Of a stretch of DNA of 64,000 nt, positions 44,426-56,531 are shown piece after piece (the stretch's first letter is position 1; each line of letters starts with the position of its first letter). The notes beneath the pieces are model-generated. The model did not search any database. It worked only from the letters and a program-made list of their open reading frames with translations, and was not told the DNA's origin. Origin of the DNA: Malacoraja senta (taxonomy: Eukaryota); contig CM075993.1 in NCBI GenBank assembly GCA_038087875.1, positions 5,334,001 to 5,398,000 of the forward strand. The letters are read 5' to 3'. Position numbers and translations under genes: made by a program.

Positions 44426-45069
44426 CCATTCCTTCTCTCCAGAGATGCCCCCTGTCCTGCTGAGTTACTCCAGCATTTTGTGTCTGTATCCAGGTTTAGA
44501 GGGGTATTGTCAATGTACAGGAGGACTGCCTGCCAGTGCGGTTCATTAACATTTTGTCAAAAGGCTGTTTGCCGAGGGGGATAGGCACGGGGTCACGATG
44601 ACCCAATGCAGGATGTGAACTCCATCCAATACTGTCTAACTTGGCAAAGGATCCCTTCCGTCTCCTGACGGATATCCTGTATCGGCTGCAGCTCACTGCC
44701 AAGGCAACGTCACGCTGAGGTAAAGCTCTCCAGTGTAAAAGGACGCACTAAGCTACAATGAGCTCGACAAGCGAGATTCGTACCAAGGAGTCTCCCATAA
44801 CACCCCGACCTTTCAGTCTGAAAAAGCGTCTCGACCCGAAACCTTCCCTCTTACATTTCCTTCGCTTCATAGATGCTGCCTCGCCCGCTGAGTTTCTCCA
44901 GCATTTTTGTCGACCTTTCAGTTTCGTTTAGTTTAGTTTCCAGATACAGCGCGGAAACAGGATCTTCAGCTCGTGCCCGCCAGCGATACCCGCGCCCTTC
45001 GGGAATCTACTGTCTGAATCATTTGGTGATTTTGTACGACGGTGATGAGAGTGGCCATGGTTTTGTTTC

Positions 45070-45645
45070 CTAGTGAGACCACACCTGGAGTATTGTGTGC
45101 AGTTTTGGTCCCCTAATTTGTGGAAGGACATTCTTGCTATTGAGGGAGTGCAGCGTAGGTTTACAAGGTTAATTCCCGGGATGGCGGGACTGTCATATGC
45201 TGAGAGAATGGAGCGGCTGGGCTTGTACACTCTGGAGTTTAGAAGGATGAGAGGGCATCTCATTGAAACATATAAGATTGTTAAGGGCTTGGACACGCTA
45301 GAGGCAGGAAACATGTTCCCGATGTTGGGGGAGTCCAGAACCAGGGGCCACACAGTTTAAGAATAAGGAGTAAGCCATTTAGAACGGAGACGAGGAAACA
45401 CTTTTTCTCACAGAGAGTGGTGAGTCTGTGGAATTCTCTGCCTCAGAGGGCGGTGGAGGCAGGTTCTCTGGATGCTTTCAAGAGAGAGCTAGATAGGGCT
45501 CTTAAAGATAGCGGAGTCAGGGGATATGGGGAGAAGGCAGGAACGGGGTACTGATTGGGGATGATCAGCCATGATCACATTGAATGGCGGTGCTGGCTCG
45601 AAGGGCCGAATGTCCTACTCCTGCACCTATTGTCTATTGTCTATT
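45070..45645 (+). mobile_element. CR1 LINE 3' fragment
   Basis: [60 protein letters not shown].... Confidence 0.9.
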
Positions 45646-45761
45646 CTATCGTGATAGTAATTAAATAAATTATTTTTGATACAAGGGTGGGGGGAAAAAT
45701 GGGTGTCCTGGAATGCGTGTTGGAGGCGGGCGATCGCTGCGGGTTGGCGCGGTTCACGTAC

Positions 45762-45960
45762 CTGGGCATGAAGATGGAGTTGTGCAGAAAGTTCTCGAAG
45801 GATTTCTGAAACATGACCTCCTCGGCCTCAGCGTTGATCTCAGCCTGGGTCTTCGGGCAGGCGCAGCATTGGCCTTGGCCCGTCTTGTCCGACGTCTTGG
45901 AGTCGCCACCGTCCAGGTCGATCGTGCCGGTCGCAGAGATCCTGGTGGGCAGCTTCAAAC
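45762..45960 (-). CDS. insrr: INSRR/IGF1R-like exon 10 (insert domain alpha, CCxC and alphaCT)
   Basis: ccccccag|GT TTG AAG CTG ... ATG CCC AG|gtacgt. 199 nt, intact: [65 protein letters not shown](R). Confidence 0.95.
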
Positions 45961-48900
45961 CTGGGGGGGGGGGGTGACCATGGCAACGGAGTGGGTTAAA
46001 ATGCTGCCCGCAACCTCAATAGACAATAGACAATAGGTGCAGGAGTAGGCCATTCGGCCCTTCGATGTGATCATGGCTGATCATCCCCAATCAGTACCCC
46101 GTTCCTGCCTTCTCCCCATATCCCCTGACTCCGCTATTTTTAAGAGCCCTATCTAGCTCTCTCTTGAAAGCATCCAGAGAACCGGCCTCCACCGCCCTCT
46201 GAGGCAGAGAATTCCACAGACTCACCACTCTCTGTGAGAAAAAGTGTTTCCTCGTCTCTGTTCTAAACATGTTCCTGACGTTGGGGGGGTCCAGAACCAG
46301 GGGCAACAGTTTAAGAATAAGGGGTAAGCCGTTTAGAACAGTGATGGAAAACTTTTTCACTCAGAGAGTGGTGAATCTGTGGAATTCTCTGCCTCAGAAG
46401 GCGGTGGAGGCCAATTCTCTGGATGCTTTCATAGAAACATAGAAAATAGGTGCAGGAGTAGGCCATTCGGCCCTTCGAGCCTGCACCGCCATTCAATATG
46501 ATCATGGCTGATCATCCAACTCAGTATCCCGTACCTGCCTACTCTCCATACCCCCTGATCCCTTTAGCCACAAGGGCCACATCTAACTCCCTCTTAAATA
46601 TAGCCAATGAACTGGCCTCAACTACCCTCTGTGGCAGAGAGTTCCAGAGATTCACCGCTCTCTGTGTTAAAACGTTTTTTCTCATCTCGGTCTTAAAGGA
46701 TTTCCCCCTTATCCTTAAACTGTGACCCCTTGTCCTGGACTTCCCCAACATCGGGAACAATCTTCCTGCATCTAGCCTGTCCAACCCCAAAGAATTTTGT
46801 ACGTTTCAAGAGAGAGTTAGATAGGGCTCTTAGATAGCGGAGTCAGGGGATATGGGGAGAAGGCAGGAACGGGGTACTGGTTGTGGGATGATCACCCATG
46901 ATCACAGTGAATGGCGGTGCTGGCTCGAAGGGCCGAATGGCCTACTCCTGCACCTATTGTCTATTGTCTCTCCCCCATCCCCTTTTCCCCCATAAACCTC
47001 CCTCTGGATTTGCATTTCACTCCTCTTGCTTTTCGTATGGTTTAGAGATACAACGCAGGAACCAGGCCCTTCAGCCCATCGAGCCCGTGCCGTCCAGCGA
47101 ACTCCGCGCACTAACCCACTAGGGACAATTTACCATTTACCCGCACCTATTGTCTATTGTCCTCTGGCTTCTACTGCTCCCCCCTTCCCTCCCCCTCCCC
47201 CCACCACCCCCCCACACATGCTGCGAGGACGTACACCCCCCTCCCCCCACCACCCCACCCCCAGGTACCTTTGTGACAGTAGTCGTGTCGGTAGAGCTCA
47301 GCATCCTCGGGCTGCTGCTGCCAGCGTACCAGGTAGTAGGTGATGTTCCCGTTAGAGAAGGCCGGTGGCTTCCACTTGACCACCAGCTGGGCCGAGGAAT
47401 TGGAGACCGACACCACGTCCAGTGGGACGGAGGGAGCTGGAGGAGGGGGGGGGGGGGGGGGTGGGAGGAAGCACAACACAACTCCACTCAGTACCGCACA
47501 CACTTCACGAGTCATAGCAGCAGAATTACACCAGGTGGCGCACGCAGCGCCGGAGACCCGGGTTCCATCCCGACCACGGGCGCCGTCTGAGACGGAGTTT
47601 GTACCTCCTCCCCGTGGGTTTTCTCCGAGATCTTCGGTTTCCTCCCGCACTCCAAAGGCGCGCAGGTTTGTTGGTCGATTGGCTTGGTGTAAGTGTAAAC
47701 ATTGTCCCTGGTGGGTGTGGGATAGTGTTCGCAAGGGATCGCTTGTCGGCGCGGACCCGGTGAGCCGAAGGGCCTTATTTCCGCGCTGTATCTCTAAATT
47801 AAAACTGAATTAAAACTTACCTCTGGGATTTATAAGTTGATGTTCATAAGTGATAGGAGCAGAATTAGGCCATTCGGCCCATCGAGTCTACTCCGCCATT
47901 CAATCATGAATCTTTCCCCCCTCTACCCCATTCTCCTGCCTTCTCCCCATAACCCCTGACACCCGCACTAATCAAGAATCTATCTATCTCTGCCTTAAAA
48001 CTATCCACTGACTTGGCCTCCACGACCCTCTGTGGCAATTGCACAGGTTCACCACCCTCTGGCTATGGATTAGATTAGTTTGTTTAGTTTAGAGATACAG
48101 CATGGAAACAGGCCCTTCAGCCCTCGCCGACCAGCGACTCCTCGTTCACACTAGTTTGTGCGTCCTCCCCGTGGCCGTGTGGGTTCCCTCCGGGTGCTCA
48201 GGCTTCCTCCCACACTCCAGAGATGTGCGGGTTCATAGTTTAATTGGCTTCTGTAAGTCGCCCCTCGTGTGTAGGGTAGAACTAGTGTGTACGTGGGATC
48301 GCTGGTCGGCGCGGACTCAGTTGGCCGAAGGGCCTGTTCCCATGCTGTATCTCTAAACGAAACGAAACTAGCATGAATGGGTGATTGCTGGTGAGCACGG
48401 GTTGGTGGGCCGAAAGGCCTGTTTCCGCACTGTGTCTCTAAACTGATGAAGCTAATTAAAACTAAACTAATGTTTTAAGAAGGAACTGCAGATGCTGGAA
48501 AATCGAAGGTAGACAAAAATGCTGGAGAAACTCAGCGGGTGAGGCAGCATCTATGGAGTGAAGGAATAGGTGACGTTTCGGGTCGAGACCCGGAAGGGTC
48601 TCGACCCAAAACGTCACCTATTCCTTCACTCCATAGATGCTTCCTGGTCTCGACCTGAAACGTCACCTATTCCTTCGCTCCATAGACGCTGCCTCACCCG
48701 CTGAGTTTCTCCAGCATTTTTGTCCACCTTTAAACTAAACTAATGCTCTTTTCTGTTTTATGTACCTACGTTGGCGACCAAACGCCTATCCAAGTTTAGG
48801 TGTCACCTCAACAAGATAGCCCAGCTATCGGCTTATACAAGAGGATGAATGAGGTGAGGTTCTAGTGCAAGGCTGACATAACCTACCTGCGGCTGAGGCG

Positions 48901-51900
48901 ACCTACCTGGGGCTGAGGTGATCTACCTGAGGCTGACCTACCTGGGGCTGAGGTGAACTACCTGAGGCTGAGGGGACCTACCTGGGGCTGAGGTGAACTA
49001 CCTGGGGCTGAGTTGAACTACCTGGGGCTGAGGTGTCCTACCTGAGGCTGAGGTGATCTACCTGAGGCTGAGGTGAACTACCTGGGGCTGAGGTGATCTA
49101 CCTGAGGCTGACCTACCTGGGGCTGAGGTGTCCTACCTGAGGCTGAGGTGAACTACCTGGGGCTGAGGTGATCTACCTGGGGCTGTGGGGACCTACCTGG
49201 GGCTGAGGTGACCTGCCTGTGGCTGAGGTGACCTACCTGAGGCTGAGGTGACCTGCCTGTGGCTGAGGTAAACTACCTGAGGCTGAGGGGACCTACCTGT
49301 GGCTGAGGTGACCTACCTGAGGCTGAGGTGACCTGCCTGTGGCTGAGGTAAACTACCTGAGGCTGAGGTGACCTACCTGTGGCTGAGGTGAACTACCTGA
49401 GGCTGAGGTGAACTACCTGAGGACGAGGTGAACTTCCTGAGGCTGAGGTGACCTACCTGTGGCTGAGGTGACCTACCTGGGGCTGAGGTGAACTACCTGC
49501 GGCTGAGGTGAACTGCCTGTGGCTGAGGTGACCTACCTGTGGCTGAGGTGAACTACCTGTGGCTGAGGTGAACTACCTGGGGCTGAGGTGAACTACCTAG
49601 GGCTGACCTACCTGGGGCTGAGGTGACCTACCTGAGGCGTTGGTCTTGATGTAGATGATCTCACTCTTTGCTCCGTAGTTGCGGCCATCTTCGGAGGTGG
49701 CGAGCGTGATGGCCTTGACGAATATGGCGTACTGGGTCCAGGGCTTCAGGTTGGACAGGTAGACGCCGGGCTCCTGGGACTTGCTCTGGGGCAGGTCGAC
49801 GTCCACCATGCTCCAGCTGTTGGAGCCGCACGCATCCTGCCCGTCGTACTCCGTCAGGTTCTGGAAGGGCCTGGGGAGGGAGACACAACGCAGGCATCAC
49901 CAACGGCCACCACGACACGTCTGATGGTCGCTGCCCGGACAGAGGCAAAACATAGAAACATAGAAAATAGGTGCAGGAGTAGGCCATTCGGCCCTTTGAG
50001 CCTGCACCGCCATTCATTGTGATCATGGCTGATCATCCAACTCAGTATCCTGTACCTGCCTTCTCTCCATACCCCCTGATCCCTTTAGCCACAAGGGCCA
50101 CATCTAACTCCCTCTTAAATATAGCCAATGAACTGGCCTCAACTACCTTCTGTGGCAGAGAATTCCACAGATTCACCACTCTCTGTGTGAAATTTGATTT
50201 TCTCATCTCGGTCCTAAAAGACTTCCCCCTTATCCTTAAACTGTGACCCCGTGTTCTGGACTTCCCCAACATCGGGAACAATCTTCCTGCATCTAGCCTG
50301 TCGACGGCCAAGAACAAGATCAAGAATCTTGTAGGTTTCGCTCGGGTATCTCAGCGGGACAGGCTCTCCACCTCTGGAGCGAAGGGACAGGTGACGTTTT
50401 GGGTCGAGACTGAGGGTCGGGGAGAGGGAAACACGGAAGGTGTGCAGAAACTCATATCAAAGCCAGCGAAGATGACCAAGTTAAGGTGGTCATGGCAGAG
50501 CCAGAGACCCGGGTGGGAGGAAACCGAAGATCTCGCGGAAAACCCATGCCGGCGGTACAAACTCCGTACGGGCAGCACCCGTGGTCGGGATCGAACCCGG
50601 GTCTCTGGCGCTGTAAAGGGCCTGTCCCACTTTCACGACTTAATTCAAAAACCTCTGCCAAGTTTAAAGGACTTTTTTTTAAAAATCAGGATCGTGGTAA
50701 TCTATGAACTCCCACGACTATGTTCACGAACTCCTACGAGTACGTCTACGAATTCCCACGACTATTTCGATGCCCTCCTTACGAGTAAAAAGTTGCAATT
50801 TCTTTCATCCCGGCCATTTTTTTAAACTCGTGGACATTTTTTTATCAGGCTGGAAAAATTGTCCCGACTTACCCGATGCCAGGAGTACCGACGGCTGGCG
50901 TAACGAGCCGCCGTGATATATCTACGGGCTCCTAGGGACTCGCCACGGACATTCTCCGAGTTTGACTCAAGGGGAAAACTCGGGAGAATTCGTGAATAAC
51001 TCGGGAGAAGTGGGACAGGCCCTGAAGGCAGCAACTCTTCCGCTGCGCCACCACGACCGTGACCGCTGTGTCGTGCGTGGAAGCCGCGCGCCGAGGTACT
51101 CACGCTTCCTTGTAGTACACGATGAAGCTGATGAGGTCCCGGTAGTCCGGTGGCCGGTAGTGCTCCCACTTCAAGATGATCTTGTTCTTGGCCGTCGAGT
51201 TGCTGGTGAACTTCAAGATGTGGCTTTCGCCTGATGGGAGATTGAAAACCAAAACCATCTCAACCTCAAATACAAAATGTGCAGGAAGGAACTGCAGAGG
51301 CTGCTTTACACTGAGGATAAGACACAGAATGCTGGAGTAACTCAGCGGGGCAGGCAGCATCTCTGGGGGGGAGGCACGGGCGATGTTTCTGGTCGAGACC
51401 CCTTCTTCAGACTCACACCCACAAAGTGTTACACTCCCTCTCTCACACACTCAGTGTCTCACACTCAGTGTCTCACACTCAGTCACACACTCACGCGCAC
51501 ACTCACAGACGGTATTACTCACCCACACAACCCAGTGTTACACACACGCAGTATCACACACTCCATCACACACACACACACACACAGTATTAGGAGATTG
51601 AGAGGGGATCTTATAGAAACTTACAAAATTCTTATGGGGTTGGACAGGCTAGATGCAGGAAGATTGTTCCCGATGTTGGGGAAGTCCAGGACAAGGGGTC
51701 ACGTTTGAGGATAAGGGATGAGATTTTTTTTCACACAGAGAGTGGTAAATCTGTGGAATTCTCTGCCACAGAGGGTGGTTGAGGCCAGTTCATTGGCTAT
51801 ATTTAAGAGGGAGTTAGATGTGGCCCTTGTGGCTAAAGGGATCAGGGGGTATGGAGAGAAGGCAGGTACGGGATACTGAGTTGGATGATCAGCCATGATC

Positions 51901-52571
51901 ATATTGAATGGCGGTGCAGGCTCGAAGGGCCGAATGGCCTACTCCTGCACCTATGTTCTATGTATCTATGTATCTATTACACACTCCCTCAGTGTTACAC
52001 ATGCACACACACAGTGTTACACACTCCCTCTCACACTCAGTATCTCACACTCCCTTGTGTCACATGCTCTCTCACAGTGTTACACACACACACACACACA
52101 GTGTTCCACACTCCCTTAGTGTCACACACTTCGTGTCACTCCTTCACACAGTGTTACACACTTTTACACACCCCCTCACAGTGTTAGTTACACTCCCTCA
52201 CACACACACAGTTACACACTCCCTCACACACACAGTTACACACTCCATCACACAGTTACACACTCCCACACACACACACACACACACACAGTATCACACT
52301 CCATCACACACACACAGTTACACACTCCCACACACACACAGTTACACACTCCCTCACACACACACACACAGTTACACACTCCATCACACACACACACACA
52401 CACACACTCCATCACACACACACACACACAGTTACACACTCCCTCACACACACACACACAGTTACACACACACACACACACACAGTGTCACACACTCCCT
52501 CACACACACACACACACACACACACAGTGTCACACACTCCCTCACACACACACACACAGTGTCACACACTC

Positions 52572-52637
<66 letters not shown>

Positions 52638-52645
52638 ACACACTC

Positions 52646-52679
<34 letters not shown>

Positions 52680-52709
52680 ACACACACACACACACACAGT
52701 TACACACTC

Positions 52710-52753
<44 letters not shown>

Positions 52754-55700
52754 ACACACACACACACACACAGTTACACACTCCATCACACACACACACA
52801 GTTACACACTCCCACACACACACACACACACACACACTCTAGCCGCCACTGTACTCACATGAGGCCCTGTCTCCGTTGGTTCTCTGCTCCATGTCGGACG
52901 TCCCCTGCCGGCCCCTCACCCCGGCCACCTCCACCATGCGGTAGATCTCGGACACGCACAGCTTGGGGTTGAAGGCAAAGTAGACCTTGCCCTGCTTGAT
53001 GGTGAGGTTGTGGCGGCTCCAGTCCCAAAGCTGCTGCAGGTTCTGGTTGTCCAGCACGTAGAAGGAATAGTTCCTGCAGGGTCACACAAGGCACGGGGTC
53101 AGGTGGGAAGCAGATATATTCCATCGCAGGTAGAGACAAAATGCTGGAGTAACTCAGCGGATGAGGCAGCGTCTCTGGAGGGACGGAATGGCCGACGTTT
53201 TGGGTCGAGACCCAAGGGGGTCGTCAACTTTCTCACTCCCAAATAAGGGACAAAAGGTCAAAATACGGGGCAAATTCCCGAAGGCAATTCGTTGACCGAC
53301 TCGGCCGTGGCTGGGTGGATGAATGATGAGTTGACCCGGGTGCTGGACTACACACAAAGCCCAGCCGGCGGGCCAGCTGAGGAGTTTTGGCCCGGGCGAC
53401 ATCGCGCGCAAAGTCCAGCGCCCCATCCAACTCATGAACCGATGATCGGCCACAAGAAGGAGGGGTGGTGGTGGTGTGGGCGGTGAGCGAAGGTCCGAAG
53501 GTCGGACAGCTGGCCGGGCTGCCGACCGACCGACGGGGCCACAGGCGAGGAGCTGCTGCTGCACTCCATGGACTGCACTACGTCGGGACGGGTGAGGCGG
53601 GGGCCGGACGCGGCACTCCCACCCGACAGCCCCCTCAACCCGAGTAGCAGCAGTCAAATACGGGACAAGGGCGGTCCCGTACGGGACAAACCAATTTAGC
53701 CCAATATACGGGATGTCCCGGCTAATACCTAATTTGAGGAAGGACATCCTTGTGATTGAGGCAGTGCAGCGTAGGTTCACCAGATTGATCCCTGGGATGG
53801 CGGGACTGTCATATGAGGAAAGATTGAAAAGACTAGGCTTGTATTCACTGGAGTTTAGAAGGATGAGGGGGGATCTTATAGAAACATATAAAATTATAAA
53901 AGGACTGGACAAGCTAGATGCAGGAAAAATGTTCCCAATGTTGGGCGAGTCCAGAACCAGGGGCCACAGTCTTAGAATAAAGGGGAGGTCATTTAACACT
54001 GAGGTGAGAAAAAACATGTTTTCACCCAGAGATTTGCGAATTTGTGGAATTCCCTGCCACAGAGGGCAGTGGAGGCCAAATCACTGGATGGATTTAAGAG
54101 AGAGTTTGATAGAGCTCTAGGGGCTGGTGGAATCAAGGGATATGGGGAGAAGGCAGGCGCGGGTTATTGATTGGGGGCGATCAGCCATGATCACAATGAA
54201 TGGCGGTGCTGGCTCGAAGGGCCGCCTCCTCCTGCACCTATTGTTTCTAATACGGGACAGTTGGCAACACTGGGTACATGTGGCATTAATAGTGTAAACA
54301 AAATCTGTTGAACACGGTGCAAGGTCTGATTTAAATGCTGCTTCCTATCGAGCTACACATCTCAGGTTGTGCAGCAGCTGGCCAGATGTTCCAGCTGTGA
54401 ATTCTGGCTGGCAGAGTGAGCTGGGGGGGGGGGGGGAAGAGACTGGCTGTAAATCACATTGACGGTCTGACCTTGCGGGGCCGTGGGATCCAGCGGGAGA
54501 TCGACAGACGGCCTCTGGCGCTGGGAATGAGCACAGCGCTCACCGGCCCTGCTCACCGCCACACGACTTCCCGACGTTGCTGAACAGTGCGCGGGACTGC
54601 TAATGTTGACACAATCTGGCGGCTTCCACCTCCACCCCCCCCCCCCCCTTCCTTCCAAGGACCATTCAATAATTGCATATCACAGTGTTCCAGAAGGTAC
54701 AAAAACATTCAATAGTCACGTTACATCAGGCACCCGTTATACTACCATTGTGGCGTCTTTATCTACAATACGGTCGAGCCCCCGCGGCGACCAGCGTTCA
54801 CGGGAGGCGTCAGAGTCCCCGTGGACACCGCGTGTTCCCTCTCCAGGGACGTAGGCCCGGAAGAGGGCCATGCAGCCGACTCTGGTGCGACCATAGACAC
54901 CCGCTGCCTGGACCCGCGGACGGCCATCTTGGCAAGGCCCAGGCCCAGGAGCAGGCCGAGAGGGAGATTCCCCCTCCCCCCCCCCCCACCAATCTGGCAG
55001 CTTTGAGTGTCTGGAATTCCCTTCTCCGGGCCAAGGAGGAAATCCCACCTTCATTCCAGGTCATCAATCTCACACTTGGCCGCCTTCTTCCATCTTATTT
55101 CCCAGCGCGGCAGACTGCAGCTTGCAGCCCGTGCTGTCTCCAAACCCCACCCGCCCGGCCTGCCTGCAGCCCGTGTGTACTCCTGCAGCCACTGCCAACC
55201 CCCTCTCCCCCCCCCCCCCCCCGCCGAGCCCTGCACGCCATGCGTTGCTGCCTCACGCAGTCACACAGTCGCGCAGTGAGGAAACGGGCCCCTTGACCCA
55301 AAGCTGACCTTCGTGCCGACACTTTTGCCTGCATTAGACATTCGGACTTGTCCAGTAGCGACCTCCCTTTTAGTTTAGCTTAGAGAGAAACAGCGCGGAA
55401 ACACTGAGTCCGCGACGACCAGCGATCCCCGCGCATCAACTCTATCCTACACCCACTAGGGACAATGTACCCATTCCTTCGCTCCAGATACGCTGCCTGC
55501 CCCGATGAGTTACTCCAGCTTTTTGCGTCTGTCTTTCGTCAAATGTCCCGAGTGTGTGTGTGTGTGTAGGATAGAGTTAGTGCGCGGGGATCGCTGGTCG
55601 GCGCGGACGCGGTGGGCCGGAGGGCCTGTTTCCGCGCTGTATCTCTAAACTAAAACCTCCTCTGGACCCTCTACATCTCCAGCACATCCTTCCTCAGATA

Positions 55701-56499
55701 TGGGGCCCAGAACTGCTCACAACCCTCCAAATGCGGTCTGACAAGCGCCCCATAAAGCCTCAGCGTTACATCCCTGCTTTTATATTCCTGCCCTCTCGAA
55801 ATAAACGCCAGCAGTGAATTTGCCTTCCTTGCGACCGATTTGACTTGCAAATTAACCTGTTGGGAATCCTGCACCAGCGCTCCCAATTCCCTTTGCACCT
55901 CCGATTTCTGAATCCTCTCCCCATTGACACTTCAATAACTGGCACTGGCCACTTCAATAACTGGCACTGGCCACTCAAATCAGCCACCCCGGACATGTTT
56001 ATGATTGGTCTTACTGTATTTTAACGTTGTTTGTATCTATTTCAACTTATACTGTTCCATCAGGGACTGGATTGTTTTAGTGTTGTTATTATTACGTGTG
56101 AAATGTTTTAAACGTCACGTATTCCCTGGGAAACGTCTTTTCGTTTTGCACTGCACAATTGTTGCTTGCAAGATGACAATAAAGGAATTGAATTGAATTG
56201 AACTGAATTGAATTTGGAAAATAGTCTGTGCCTTGGTACTCCTGGTATTCCCGCCTCCAGCTCCAACCAGCGACGTTCCCAATCCCGACCCCACTCCGGC
56301 AACAACCCGGCCCAGATTCCGGATCATGCGTCACAGTTGCCCAGTTGTCAAATCCCATGGGAATTCAATAGGGTGGCGCAGCGGGTAGAGCTGCTGCCTC
56401 CCAGCGCCAGAGACCCGGGTTCTAATCCTGACATCGCCTGCCGTCTGCGTGGAGTTTGCACGTTCTCCCCGTGACCGTGTGGGATCCCCCCAGGTGATA

Positions 56500-56531
<32 letters not shown>

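Noticed and set aside
44496..44702. Minus-strand ORF with YRISVRRRKG as a possible exon 11 carrying the proreceptor cleavage site
   Set aside because: No similarity to the FnIII-2b sequence expected next (YRIDIH.CNH, FVFART), weak acceptors and no suitable donor.
48871..49638. CRISPR-like appearance of the 20-bp array (also 14817-14905 and 58030-58441)
   Set aside because: Units are directly adjacent with no unique spacers, there are no cas genes, and the context is a vertebrate genome.
53239..53248. Second CArG box CCAAATAAGG
   Set aside because: Lies in the terminal region of a degenerate DNA transposon with no supporting motifs.
53713..54120. CR1 and Rex1 ORF fragments as host genes
   Set aside because: 5'-truncated multi-copy retrotransposon C-termini without a complete RT domain.
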